Source: Macrostomum lignano (lineage: Eukaryota). Taken from it: a stretch of DNA of 64,000 nucleotides. The DNA lies in assembly GCA_002269645.1 (NCBI GenBank), contig NIVC01000231.1, forward strand, positions 1 through 64,000. The letters run 5' to 3'. The notes under the pieces were generated by a model. The model was not told the DNA's origin, made no database searches, and saw only the letters and a list, made by a program, of their open reading frames with translations. The position numbers were made by a program, and so were the translations under genes. Position 1 is the stretch's first letter. Each line of letters starts with the position of its first letter. Below, piece after piece: positions 34,576-47,759 of this stretch.

Positions 34576-37500
34576 TTACTGAAATTAGTGAATTTGATGC
34601 ACAGACAATTGGATTTTGTAGAATTTTATGGGGATGTTTGAAACTATTTTCTACGCTGAAAAATGTATAAATTAACCAATGAACAGGCTGTGGCTTTGAC
34701 ATAGGCTAATAGGGTATCTGGTGATCTTGATTAGACTTAACTGTGAGATTTTAGCCATCGGGAAATCGGGCAGCTGGGAAATTCTATTGGGGATCTGGAA
34801 GATTTTTATTGGGAATCTGGGAAATTCTATTGGGGATCTGGGAGATTTTTATTGGGAATCTGGGAAATTCTATTGGGGATCTGGGAGATTCTATTGGGGA
34901 TCTGGGAGTTTCTGTTAGGGATCTGGAGATTCTATTGGGGATCTGGGACTTTCTGTTAGGGATCTGGGAGATTTTTATTAGGAATATGGGAGATTCTATT
35001 TGAAGATCTGGAGAATTTTTATTAGGGATCTGAGATATTCTATTGGGGATCTGGGAGATTTTCATTGGGAATCTGGGAGATTCTATTGGGGATCCGTGAA
35101 ATTTTATTGGGGATCAGGGAGATTTTTTGAGCATCTGGAAAATTCTATTGGGGATCCGGGAGATTTTTTGAGCATCTGGAAAATTCTATTGGGGATCCGG
35201 GAGATTTTTTGAGCATCTGGAAAATTTTATTGGGGATCAGGGATATTTTTATTAGGGATCTAGTAGATTCTATAGGGGATCAGAGAGATTCTAGCCATTG
35301 GGACATTGGGGATTTGTGAGATTACTAAAAAGCACTTACGCATTTCTCCTCAATCAGGCCATCCTTGAACAGGACAAAATAAGGCGTCATGCCGTCCTCC
35401 CTGTAGTCCATGAGCACAACCATGGCATCGGGGTCCATCTTTTCGCCAGTGAAGAACTGCCAATTGCTGAAGTTGGCCAACACGCGCTCTTTCACAAACT
35501 TCTGTGCACCTGTTTTGAAGGCTTCAATCCTGTCGGGATTGTTCTCCTCCAGTTTCTTCTCGATACGCTTTAGGTAGCCTTTCAGGTAGGCCAGGTAGCT
35601 CTTCTTGTCGAATTGGGTCTCAACCAGCTGGTGGCTGTACACAACATTGATCTTAGACTCGGTGCCATCATCAGTGCCTTCGCCAGCCTCCTCAGCCGAG
35701 GCGTTGCCGCCAATCATTCTGTCATCGATGGCATTGCTGACTGTGATCATCTTGCCTTCAATTTCAATAGCAATATCGTCCACATACTTGTAGGGATAGG
35801 AGTCTGAAGCAAGCTCGTCGCCTGAAAAAAAGTAGAAAAGTAAAAAAACGTTATTCTACATCACTACATCTTTGGTTTGTCTAATATCATCCATTAAAAT
35901 TTAAAATATAATGTTTAAAGAGGATATTAAAAACGAAAATATTTTCGAGAAAAGGTTAATCAAAGATCCTTCTAAACTTGGTACAGTAAGGAAATGTGGT
36001 TTGAGCTAATGTATTATCAATTTATAAATAGATAGAGCATTTCTAGGCTTTTTCTACATTGCTATAAGTATATTTACCCAATAAATAAAACAGAGTAGCT
36101 CAATATTATCTATAGCAAGAAATACTATACGGCGACTTTGTGTTAGATTTTGTTCTTGCATAAGTCATCTTAATACTAAAACTTATAATTTTATTACCAA
36201 GTTACTGTAAAGGAGAAATAGACATGACACTTATTTTTTATAATGTAAATACAAATCTCTACAATATATAAATCTCATATATATAAAAATCTAAACTCTG
36301 TGTGTCTGTATACAAATTACTTCGCTATGGACTCCCAAACTGCTTAACCAAACTACACCAAATTTTGCACCTACCCTAAATTCACTACAGAAAGTGTCAT
36401 AGGCTACCTTAAAACTTCCTAAATTTGAGTCTTCACACCTTAAAGTGCAAAAAACTGCTCAAAATGTGCAATTTTTTCACTAAATCCTCTATAGCGCCGC
36501 TCCACTTTTACCAATTGTCTTCAAATTTGACACAATCAATCTTCAACTATTTTGACACAATTGTATAAAAATTCAAGTCTTAAAGTTGATTATGAAAGGC
36601 GCTGTGCACTTTTAAAGTTAGGCTGTATTTTTCAGCATGGCAGCCACCCCAACCTCCGCTTGCTTGCCTCTCTTTCCCAATCTAGACAAAGGGTGCAAAT
36701 ATGTTTTGAAATGACTAACTTTTGGCTACCAAAAGTTTGCTCCATGTGAAGCTATTGACTTGAAACTTGACACAATTCTTCTTTGACTTATTCACTCTCT
36801 AAATATTGCATATAAAGTCTCAGCTTTGTATCTCAATCAGAACAGAAACTGTAAGCATGTGAAGTTTGTCTGCTTTTTCTGTTGTTTGTGCCACTCACTT
36901 ACTCATTCCCCCAGCCTAGACAAAGGGTCAGGTGATAGGGCTTAATGTACAAAGCAAATGTACAATGTTTTGGAATAACTTTTTAATAGCCTCCTCTGCA
37001 TCCCCGTGTATGGAGAAGCTATGTTTAGCCATGACAGTTTAGTGAGAGATTCAAACCACTATTTTCTATATAGACAAGTCTGCAGCAATGCAAGGTGGTT
37101 TGTAAAAATAGTGAAAAATAAATGAATAATTGATTACAATGCAATCTTACTAAATTAGTTACATCATGAAACTTTAACATTAAGTTTCATATAAGGTACT
37201 TTAAAATTTAAATGGCTTCTAAGAAATGCATAGTTCTTTGGTTGTTAGACAGCTGCATAGTGCAGACTGGTGGTGGTTGTGGAGCTGGAGATCCCTCTCA
37301 GGGTTACCAATTGGCTAGAGAGATGACATGATTAAATTATGAGAAATGATAACAACTACATCCCAAAAACTGGCTTTCAAAGCAGGGATTAGCAGATATT
37401 TACCTCAAAGGCCATATAAAGAATCCAGCTCATGGCTGTGGGCCAGATGAGAGTGGAAAGGAGAAGGAATAGACTATTAGAAAGAGAGGAGAGGCAAGAG

Positions 37501-40500
37501 GGGGACAAAAGAAAAGATAGACGAAAAGAGGAGAGACAAAGGGGTGAGGAAAGAGCAAAGAATATGGGAAGAAGAAGCAACATGAGGGGAGAAAGGATTG
37601 AGAGGAAAGATTAGAAAGGATAGAGGAGAAGAGATAAGAGAGGGAAAGAAGAATGAGAAGAGAGGAGAGTGGAGAGAGAAGAGAAGAGAGAATACAGAAA
37701 GAGAGCATAGAAGGAAGAGAAGAGAAGAGAAGAGAGGAAAAAGGAAAGAGAGGAGTCAAAGATCGGAAATAAAAGAGTACATAGGAAAGAGATAGGAGAA
37801 CATATAAGAAAGTAAAGTTGACAGAAGAGAGAGGGGAGATGAGAGAACAGAGATAAGAGAGTAGAGAGAACAGAGAAGAAGAGAAGAGATTATGGAAATG
37901 AGAGAAGAGGAAGAAGAGAAATGTGTGAGAGTAGAGAAGAGAGACAAAGAGAGAAAGAAATGGAGTGAGGATAGAAGAGGGCAGAGAATTAACAGAACAA
38001 GGGAGAGAGGGGAGAGGAAAGAGGGGAGAAAGTAGAGAAAAGAGAGATGGGAGAGTGGAGAGCAGAGAGATTAAAAGGAAAGAGAAGAGATGAGAGGGAA
38101 GAGGGGAGAGAAGAGGGGAGAGAGGAGGAGAGAAAAGAGTGAGGAAAGAGAAGAGAATAAAAGAGGGAAGAAATGAGATAAGAGAGATGAGAGATGCAAA
38201 AAGAGAGAAATGTTAAGAGATACAAGAGCACAGGATAAAAGAAGAGAAAGGAGAGATGAGAGATCAAAGGCAAGAGAAAAGACAAGAGAAGAGGGGAGAG
38301 AGGAGAAAGGAAACATAAGCAAAGATAGAAGTTTTGAAGGATTCCAAGGGACATAGAGAGAGGCAGAGGCAGAGGTCAGAGTTTTTCAATACATGTTTTA
38401 GACAGACATTGCCTGATATTCTATGCAGCACCCTAGCCAACGAGATCAATGCTTGCCTCAAATCTTAATTTTATACAAATTTATTCAATTTATATTTATC
38501 TCTATCTATTAACAAGTCTATTAACCTCCAACTATTAATAATTTTTTGTTTATGTATGACTTTAGACTTTAGAAAACAAGCAAAAATAGTTCCAAAGATT
38601 GAAATTCCCTGGGTTCAAAATCTGTAGGTTTCAACAGCTTGTGTCAAACATAAAAAACAAAAAAGGTCTGTTATTGTTGTAGCACAAGTTTTTTGGGTGC
38701 CCCATAAGTCTCCACTGCAAGTTTTAAAAAAAATCAGAAGTATTTTATCAACATAAACTTGAAGAAGCCCATTGCATTTTGTTCATTTCGGGGTTTAGCT
38801 TAAACTGACGGAAGCGTAATATAGTTAGAGTGTGGATGGAGAACCTATACATTTTTATATGTAAAAATGGGGTATGTGTGGAATATACTGATACTACTAA
38901 TTGCCATAAAATTTTACTATGCAATCTTATAAAGCCAAATGTACATGTATTATTAGTACACCAGTATATATATTTAGTCCATTTAACAATGAGTTTTTTG
39001 CGGGTATGAACAATGCAAGCCAGTATATGTAACTACTCATTTTACAGAGAAGTGAAATTTGTACATTTTAACAAATTCATTTCAACAACAAATGTATACT
39101 TTGGCCATTTAAATCTAATACCCCTGTACTTGTGAACTTGTAGTTGTTATTATGCTGTTGCCCTTTTGACTGTTGGCTGTCGCCTCTTTAACTGTTGCCC
39201 TTTTGAACAGTTCCCACAATATGTCTCATTTGCATGTATTGGACTCATCCAGAAATTAAAATAGATAGGTTAAAACACTTTTAAATAAGTTAAACAGATC
39301 TAAATACGCATGTGTTTTCACTGTTTTGTCATTCTTTCTTTAATGTTTGCTCACACATTTTGTCAGAGCATATCAATTAATATATATTATATATTATTCC
39401 CACTTGTTACTGAAATGGCTGTTACCAACATAGTCATTTTTTGTTACCGAAGTGGCTATAACCAAAATGGCTGTTAGGCCCATAGTCATGAAGGTGGCAC
39501 AGTGTGCATCGGAATAATTTTTTGGGACAATTTGTGCGCCATCTATGTGCTGTCTGTGCGCCACTCTTTACAAGTAGAGTTTTCTAAGAAAGGCCTTTGT
39601 ACAAAAAGCCTTTTTAAAATGTTACGCATATTTTCATTTTAAACAAACTTAAATTATACCTACAAATAGAATGATGCAAAATTGACATTTTTAGCCATTT
39701 ATTAGATTTATACTAATTTTATTTACTGTTAATTTTAAAGAAGCAAAAAGTTATCATTGACTTTTTAGACTACACAAATCTCCTTTATTTTATAAAAATT
39801 GTTAATTTGCATTACAATTTTCATGCATGTCAGGGACTTTATGCACCGCAATTATGCGCCGCATGTGTTAGGGACCTCAGTATGCGCCATGATTGTGTAC
39901 CAAGTGCGCCAAGGACCCATTATGTGCGCCGCACTTGTGCGCCAATGTGCCCCGAGACCCTTTGTGTGCATAGGAATTTTCCCCCTCAGAGGCTAGGATG
40001 GAATTCTTGTATTTCTTAAGTCAAACGGAATTATGCAATTTTTTTATGGCGCGCAAAATATTTTTTATTGGTCACATTTTTTATTTTGGTACTTAGCATG
40101 TCGCAAAATAACGAAATAACAAAAGACAACGAAAAATGCATTCTAGAAAATGTAGTGATTTGAATTTTTGTCCAAATACGTATGTTAGAGAATGTTACGA
40201 GCGCGATGCGCCGCTTTCGCCCCATTAGTGTTGATGACGGACCAGGCCACGTGCCCTCTGGCATCGGGCCCTGAAGCAGAGACGGCTTGGATGGTGTCAT
40301 CGACAGCAGACTGCTGCCTCTGCAGGTAGACAGCCGCCAGAGCCTCCTCCGCCTCACGAGTTTGCCGCCCACTCAGACGGAGCCTCTCTAGATCTTCCCT
40401 TGCTTTGTCGATCGCGGGGTCGTCCTGCCAGACCGGCTGCCTACGCTGGGCCAGTCGCATCAGTGGGACTGCTTGCTCCGCAGCGGCTCGAACTGCAGTG

Positions 40501-42785
40501 CTCACCTGGCAGGCGACACTCCGGATGAGCGCAGGAACGAGCTGCGCGAGTTCTTCGCCGCCATTGTCAATGCGCCACCCCCTCTGCTTCTAGAAAATCT
40601 GAGGCTGCCGCCAGAGATGCCATTGCTGGTAGAGGAGAGCTTCAACATTGCCCCAGTCAGCACAGCCGACGTTGTGAAGTTTGCTCGGCAGTCGCCAGGC
40701 GGCAAAGCGCTTGGTCCAGACGAGGTGCCCACCGAGGCGCTGCGGATCCACTGCGTGGCCACTGAGGTTGCCAGAGTGATGAACCGCGTGCTTTCCAGTG
40801 AGGTGGCGCCAAACGAATGGACCACGGCGCACATCGTTGCCATTCCAAAGAAGCCGGGCACCACCAAGCTGGAGGAGCATCGAGGCATCTGCCTACAGTC
40901 CTGCGCCGCGAAGCTGTTCAACCGCATGCTGCTATCGCGGTTACAGCCTGTGCTAGACTGGTACCTGCGACCTGAGCAAAACAGTTTCCGGCCCCATTGC
41001 GGCACAGTGACGCAGATCCTGGCTCTTCAGCGAGTCATCGAGGAGGCACACATCTACCAGTTGACCCTGATCCTAATCTTCGTCGATTTCAGGAAGGCCT
41101 TCGACTCGGTCGTGAGGGACGCGCTCCTAGAGGTGCTCCATGCGTACAACGTGCCAGAGCTACTGATTTCTGCTGTCATGGCGCTGTACCACGGCACAAT
41201 GGCTGCTGTCTCAACACCGGACGGCCTATAGGATTTCTTCGAGACATCCTCCGGGGTGCTCCAGGGAGATACGCTAGCGCCGTTCCTATTTATTCTGGTG
41301 CTTGACTGGGTGCTACGGACTGCTCTGCTTTCCAACGATGACGGCTTCCTGCTGCGGCGACGTGTTGGTCGACGCCAACCGGAGAGACGGCTCAGCATGC
41401 TTGGCTTCGCCGATGACCTCGCCCTGCTGTCCTCGACCGTTGAGGGCGCCCAATGACAGCTGGATAGGCTGGTTGGCGTTGCGGCGAGCGTTGGCCTGGT
41501 GGTCAACACGTAGAAGACCATTGTGCTATGCGTGCTGGACGACACCGAGGCTGCAATCTTCTGCCAAGGCGCTGACGGACAGGCGAGTGAGCTTCCAAGA
41601 TGTCAGCAGTTCATCTACCTCGGCGGTCTGGTTCCCGACGTCCGCAAGGATCTGCGGCGTCACCGAGGACTTGCCTGGGCTGCCTTTCGTTCTATAAGGT
41701 CAGTCCTGCAGTCCGAGGCCCTACCGGACTGCCAGAGGGCGGCGCTGTTCCAGGCGGTGATTGAGACCGTCCTGTTATACAACGCCGAGACCTGGACGCT
41801 GACAGACTCGCTCGAGGCTCAAGTTGACGCGCGCATGCTGGCCTGCTACGCACCGCCTTCAAGATCGACAACGAGCGAGTCACCAACACGGCACTTTATC
41901 ATCGCGCCGGCCTGGCCTGTCCTAGCAATCTGCTGCGCCGTCGGCGACTCCAGCTGGCAGGCCACGTCATCCGCGCCGAGGCCTACTGTCTGGAGCTGGT
42001 GCAGGAGGTGCTGCTACTTATGTTGCAGGCACCCTACCGGCGGGGACAGGCAAGGACTTGGCGCTACGTCGACTGTCTGCTAGCTGACGCCGGCGCCCCG
42101 GACTCTACCAGTGGTGCAGCCTTTGTTCGCGCCCAAGCTTCGAAGCGAGCCATCTAACTCTGCTTTTGCGAACTGACAGCGTACTCTATTGTTGTTGTTG
42201 TTGTTACAAGTTTCTACTTTTTAGAATTTTTCAAATTTTTACTTTTGTGCCTTATTTAGTTTTTACTTTTTATTCTTTTTACTTCGTGATCTTAGCTAGT
42301 AGGATTATCTTTTGCAAAATCCAATACTCAAGCACACTTTTACATATATAAAGAATTAGCAATTTTGCCTGAAATTCTGTGACACATTTTTTCTGGATTT
42401 TTTGACGCAAAATTGCATTTTTTTGCGCAATTGCATAATGCGTTGTGATTAATCTGCAAGAATTCCATCCAGGCTCGTCTCAGAGGCCACCTTCCTGACT
42501 ACGGGTTAGGCCTACTAAAGTGGACTGTTACCATAAAGTTTGCAATGGAAAAAAACATATATTTTACCATATTAACTAAAGACGTGGCTACTTAGATATG
42601 AGAAAGTGGCACTGGAATTTTTAAAAACCTATCTTGTCAATTCTTGGCCTAGCCTAGGCCTATTCTGAGTTAAAGACTCCTAAAGAGTAAATACAAGTTT
42701 GAGTTTATTCAAATTTAACATGTTGAGCAACTACCAATAAGAAGTTAGAAAACTTACCAGAAATAAGATCCTTAAAAATGAGCAT
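34576..42785 (-). CDS. TPT1: Translationally controlled tumor protein (TCTP), 170 aa, 3 coding exons
   Basis: Exon 1 42785-42758 (MLIFKDLIS-G, gtaagt donor). Exon 2 35821-35340 (GDELASDSYP...IGGNASAEE...WQFFTGEKMDPDAMVVLMDYREDGMTPYFVLFKDGLIEEKC). Exon 3 starts with TAA at 34578-34576 after taatttcag. AATAAA-type signals lie near 34120-34135 on the minus strand. Confidence 0.95.
34770..35322. repeat. ~21-bp degenerate minisatellite (TATTGGGGATCTGGGAGATTC), TCTP last intron
   Basis: Shares the core GGGGATCTGGGAGATTCT with 33190-33950. Confidence 0.9.
36273..37111 (+). mobile_element. Degenerate non-autonomous Helitron in TCTP intron 1
   Basis: A|TCTCATATATATAAAAATCTAAACTCTGTGTGTCTGTAT start. 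Decayed 3' end tctgcagcaatgcaaggtggtttgtaaaaATAG|T. Confidence 0.45.
37440..38340. repeat. GA-rich low-complexity tract in TCTP intron 1
   Basis: Almost purine-only composition on the + strand. Confidence 0.85.
39993..42478. mobile_element. Putative non-autonomous DNA transposon (8-bp TSD, hAT-like) that hosts the RTE insertion
   Basis: Imperfect inverted ends GGATGGAATTCTTG / CAAGAATTCCATCC flanked by direct repeats CTCAGAGG (39985-39992 and 42479-42486). Confidence 0.5.
40200..42208 (+). mobile_element. 5'-truncated, inactivated RTE-clade non-LTR retrotransposon (LINE)
   Basis: RT-domain residues KALGPDEVP, IVAIPKK, RGICLQS, RPEQNSFRP, FVDFRKAFDSV, GVLQGDTLAPFLF, LGFADDL, FIYLG and LLYNAETWTL. 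Interrupted by stops (41229, 41454, ~41511) and frameshifts; ends in a (TTG)n tail. Confidence 0.9.
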
Positions 42786-44214
42786 TGTATTTCCTTCGGG
42801 TGAATAAACCGTAACGAAAATTTAATATAATTATCAAAATATAACTTATTCCTACTTCTTACTTACTTAAACTGCAGTAAAAAGTAACAAGCGTAATGGG
42901 CATTTAAATTAGAATAAGACTAATTTATGATAAAATCTTTAGCATTTTTTTTTAGTTTAAAAGCTCACTTTTTAGAGTATTTATAGCAGAATTTGTAACG
43001 ATTTAAAGCTTTAATAAAATAATTAAGTTTATATTTGTTTTAACTACTTTCCAAGATGACTCTGTGTCCACGCACCTATTTAAAATGTAGAACCACTTTA
43101 AACTTTAAATAAAAAGACTTCAAAGATTTCACTTTTTCACTTCGAAGAGCTTGCGTGCACGGCAACCGTTCACGTAAGCTCAGAATTGCGTGCACAGCGG
43201 CTATCTACCTAGTGCTTTATTTGCATGCATGGCAGCCGTCCACCTAGTGTTTAAATTGCGTGCACGGCAACCAGCAATTAGCCACAACACAATATAGGCC
43301 TAATCTGCACGTTGCTACTAACTAAACCTAAGTAAAAAATATTGTTGCTATATTGTTTTATGTTTTATCACTATTTACCTGAGCCAAAACTTTTACAACT
43401 ACGAACCATTACTACATTTAATGCATTACTTAGTTGTATAAGTTATGCGAGCTGTTAAAACCCGCGGATGTTGAACCCGCTGAATTCCGATCCCCAGAAC
43501 TGTTTTTGCATGCATTCTTAAATCTAAAGTCATAGGGCCTACTCAAACAAACACTTGTAAGTAGTGGGGATAGAGGTAAAAAATTGGAGTAAATGTGTAT
43601 TAAATTAAGATTTAAGGCCTTTAAAACTTTTCTCCTCTCTTCACTCTTCTCATTCATCTCCACTTTTCAGTCACTCCTCTTAAGTCTTTTTTATCACTCC
43701 TCTCTCCTTTCTACTCTTTTCCTTCTCCTCTCCTCTCTTTTCTCTCCTATTTCCTCAATTCTCTCTCTTCTCTTTTTGGAATTAGAGTTGCATGGAATAG
43801 GATAGGATGCAGGGTAAAGGTGTAAATAATTTGCAGCAGCAGTAAATCATTGTTATTGTTGGGATAAGTAGAATGTGCATTTCGTGTTAGAATTTGCAAG
43901 TAGCAAGGCATACATACTTTTACATATGTAAATACATATAAACAACAGATTTTAAATAGGATTTTCTATATTGTAGGCTAGGCGTATGAGTATGAATGTT
44001 TAGGCCTATTTAATACAATTTTTTTGAGTAGGCTATAGCCGTATAGGCTCTATCAAATCAAACAGAACAAAATCTATTACTGATAGAGTTTGACTGAGCA
44101 TTTTAACTATCAATTAGTTTACTTCTAGGTTTAATAATAATTATTTAATTGAATGACATAACAAATACAAATAGCAATATATATTGGTAGGCCTAGGTAT
44201 TATGCAGTCATGTT

Positions 44215-44607
44215 TAGAGGTCGGACGGGATCCCGATCTCGAAATCTCGGGATCCCGAGGAAAATTGAATTCCCGCGGGACCAGACTCCCAACCCTAAAA
44301 AACTCAAGATTCGGGAACAGGTCTTTTGATTAAAAATTTATAGAATTAGTGATTACTTGAAGGTATTTTGCTTTAACTTGTACTCGTTACATTATTTACT
44401 TTGTTGGTTACAAAACTTCATATCAATTTTGTTGTGTTTTACTTCTTGATCTTTACAATCTTTTCTCAATTTTGTTTAACTTTACATGGACAATACACTA
44501 AAAGACCTGATCCCAATTCCCGAATCCCGATCCCAATCCCAATCCCAAGAAAAAAATTATTCCCAATCCCAATCCCGCCCGAAGATTTCAATCCCGTCCA
44601 ACCTCTA
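44215..44607. mobile_element. hAT-family MITE (393 bp)
   Basis: TIRs TAGAGGTCGGACGGGAT / ATCCCGTCCAACCTCTA; perfect 8-bp TSD GTCATGTT (44207-44214, 44608-44615); subterminal ATCCC repeats. Confidence 0.88.
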
Positions 44608-44684
44608 GTCATGTTAGTTACTTTCCAAATCCTAAACTTGGTTTCTCTGATGCATCTGCTTCTATTATGTGCTGACTCATACTT

Positions 44685-45962
44685 GGGCGCAACCTAGGGA
44701 TTCACCCAGCCATTTCTATTGGCAATATACACATAAGTTGCTATTAGATAGAATAGTAGGCCTAGTTGGTAATCTTCTAGTTTCGCACGTTTAATTCAAA
44801 CTGTTTTTTATTTCAAACAGTTAACGACAATTTTGTTTTATGTTTTATGCCTCAGACAGCATAATAGTACGCCACCCAGAAAAGGATGTTCCCAAAGGTG
44901 TTGCATAGGTAGCAGCGACACCAAAGAAATTCGTCCAAGTGGGTGTCGAACAGGGCCTTGGACGTGCCATTCATGGCCCTGAAACAGGCCTTAGTGTGGG
45001 CCCATGTGCCCTTCACTGTGTCCATGTGGACTTCTGGGTGGTTAGGGTCCACAAAGTGCAGCCGGTGGTTTACTGTCAAATGATTGGGCAATTGGTTGTA
45101 TGCCTGCCACTGGTCGGTGATAATGCGAGTACCGGGCAGCACATACCGTTGCACAAGGGGCAGGATGCTGATAGCGCTGCGATCTAGGATGGCCACCATT
45201 CATGCAGCAGCCAGAGCCACACTCCACCATTCCAGGAACCCACTGACCTGGTCAATACTGGCCCTGATGGTATTTGCAATAGAAAAAGTAGCTCTCATCA
45301 ATCTTGACATCAATGCCAGGCCCTCCAAGCTACAGTGCGTGGTCTTGCAGGAACTAGCCGCAGACATCCCAGATAAAATTCTGCCAATCCACGATCGTCT
45401 AGAGAGCGAAATTTCCACATTGCTGCCGGGCATCCTCCTGCTTGGCCTGCACTGCCCACCAATAGATAAGATCCATCAGCTGTGTCAGAGGCAGATGGCT
45501 AGCCTCAAAGAATGATCCTTTTTGGATTGAGGCCTGCATCCAGCATTGTGGGCAAGCCCAGCAGCAGCAGTCAATGAAGCGGTCGCCATCCCATCTCTGC
45601 AGCCGCATGGATTGCTGCCCAGGACAATTGGCACAGCGACGTTCATTGGCCAGCAGGTGGTACGTGGCCAGCCAGCAGATCATCACATCATTCATAGCCA
45701 TAATTGCACTGAACTCACGCATCGAGGGGTTCAGGTTGCACAGATCAGCAGCAGGTCATAGGTCTAGGACCAGAATGATAGTCGTTGGTGTTGCAGGGTG
45801 CCTAGCCATGATTGCTTTGCTGAAAAAAATTAGAAATTGCTTTAAAATAATTAAACGTGCGAAACTAGAAGATTGCCTAGTAGTCACGTGACTGCTCTTA
45901 GCCAATAGCCACTTATGTGTATATTGTTAATAGAAATTGCTAAGTGATTCCCATGTTGCGCA
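44685..45962 (-). mobile_element. Merlin (IS1595/ISXO2-like DDE) transposon, decayed
   Basis: Broken transposase: Cys-rich N-terminus with SIQKGSFFEASHL (45722-45399), GGPGIDVKIDESYF and QWVPGMVE with stops, then LPGTRIITDQWQAY...VNHRLHFVDP...HLDEFLW (45199-44852). Imperfect TIRs of ~60 bp (GCGCAAC..GGGA.TCAC..AGC.ATTTCTATT..CAATATACACATAAGT). No clean TSD seen. Confidence 0.88.
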
Positions 45963-45964
45963 TA

Positions 45965-46180
45965 TATGTGCTAACTTGTCTCCCCTTTGCCACTGCCACT
46001 GCTTAAGTCTTTGTTGCTATTCTTGCTGCTCAGGTCTATTGAATTTAGAAGGCTATTTGAATCTTTTGGCAAAAATGCAATCAAAATTGGTGAAGAACAT
46101 ACAAACCGTAGAGATTTACAAACCTTAGACATACAAAGGTATGGAGGACATACAAACCTTAGAGATTTAGTATATTTAGA
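45965..46180 (-). mobile_element. Truncated 5' head of a different Helitron-like element
   Basis: Minus strand begins TCTAAATATACTAAATCTCTAAGGTTTGTATGT... directly after the CTAG end of copy 1; resembles non-autonomous Helitron 5' ends. Confidence 0.45.
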
Positions 46181-46761
46181 CTAGCTAAAGTTTTGCCCCC
46201 CTTCGGGGAGCAGAAATAATTAATATTCGTCTAATATAATATACCTTTTAGCAGGAGTACTTTAAGTGTTTTTCTTAAGCTTAAGCTTAAAATAGGAATT
46301 TTTGGAGATCGTTAATAACGCATTTTAGGTAAAACAAAACTATCAACTTTTTACAGTTTTTAGTTTAGAGCCCTGTATATGTCAACGTGTTTGATAAAAA
46401 TTATTTTTATCATTTTTGATAAAAAATGGCCTTCGGGGTGGCCAATAAGCAAGGGACGAATCCTTTTAAATGAAAAAAATTCTTAGGGAGGGGGGCTAGG
46501 AATCGAATTCTCATTTTAATTCCAGGCTTATGTACCAATAAAACATGTTTGTGCAGAATTTTATAACAGACATTGAAATTCAACCATACTTGCCTTCTTT
46601 CAGAGCTACTTCTACCAGTATGCTTCAGTACGCTACCAGTACCCTTGTAAGCCTTGACATGTCAGCAATCCCCCCCCACAAGCCTTAACATATCAACTCC
46701 CCCCTTGACATCTCAGCAATGCTCCCACAAGCCTTGAAATCTTAAAAAATCTGTCTATTTT

Positions 46762-46795
46762 CTAACCCTAACCCTAACCCTAACCCTAACCCTAA
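46762..46795. repeat. Short (CCCTAA)n telomere-type tract, ~5 units
   Basis: ctaaccctaaccctaaccctaaccctaaccctaa; second copy at 51606-51637. Confidence 0.85.
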
Positions 46796-47759
46796 AGCAT
46801 TGAAATTTCAGTAATTCTCTCTAAGAGTCTATAGCACTACTAAAGCATTATAGCGATTCCCTGCAAGCCTCGACATCGTAGGGATTCCCAAATGAATCTC
46901 TTAACTTTGACATGAAGCTTCTTTTTTTTTTTACATTACGCTTTTTCTATCAGCGATCCCTCCCGTGAGGAGCCAACAAATAATGTAATAACTTTTTTCC
47001 AATAAACTACATGTAGCTTCTGACATTAGCCTTGACATCTCATTTATTCCCCCGTGAGCCTTGACATCTCAGCTATAGATAGATAGATAGATTCCCCTCG
47101 TAAGCCTTGACATGTCAGCGATGCCCCCCATAAACCTTGAAATCTAAAAAATCCCCTGTTAACCTTGAAACGCGCTAAAATCTAACCCTCAACCCAAACC
47201 TGACGTAAACCTAACTTTCACCCAACCTAAAGCCTTGAAATCACAGCAATTCTTCTTCCCTAAGCCTTGGCATTTAAGTGATTCCTTCTTTAAGAATCAC
47301 AGCACTATAACGATTCCCTCCAAGCTTTGACATCGTAGCAATTCCCAAATGAATCTTTTAACTTTGACATGACTTTTATTTTATGTATACATAGTGCTCC
47401 TTTTATTTTTACATGACTCTTCTTCTATCAGCGCCCCCCCCCACCGTGGCAAGCCAACAAAGAATGCAATAAAAAACTTAAGTAAAGTACATGTACTTTG
47501 AAGTAGCTTCTGACTTTTGCTTTAACATCTCAGAAACCCCCCTGTAATCTCAGTTATTCTCTGTGAGCCTTGACGTCTCAGTAATTCTCCCCAGCACAGC
47601 ACTGTACTATAGCTTCATTTAATTTTTATATGACATTTCTTTCATGTCTGACATGACGCTTCTTTTGATTTTTACGTTACGCTTCTTTTATTCTTCCATG
47701 ATGCTTCTTAATTTTTTAAATGACACACTTTCATTAGTTTTTATATGAGGCTTCTATAA

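Noticed and set aside
35298-35807. Plus-strand ORFs overlapping TCTP exon 2
   Set aside because: Antisense shadows of a coding exon.
37389-38461. Leu/Ser- and Glu/Arg-rich ORFs
   Set aside because: Produced by the GA-rich low-complexity tract.
44852-45722. Bacterial IS1595 insertion or contamination
   Set aside because: The eukaryotic context and decayed ORF fit the eukaryotic Merlin superfamily.
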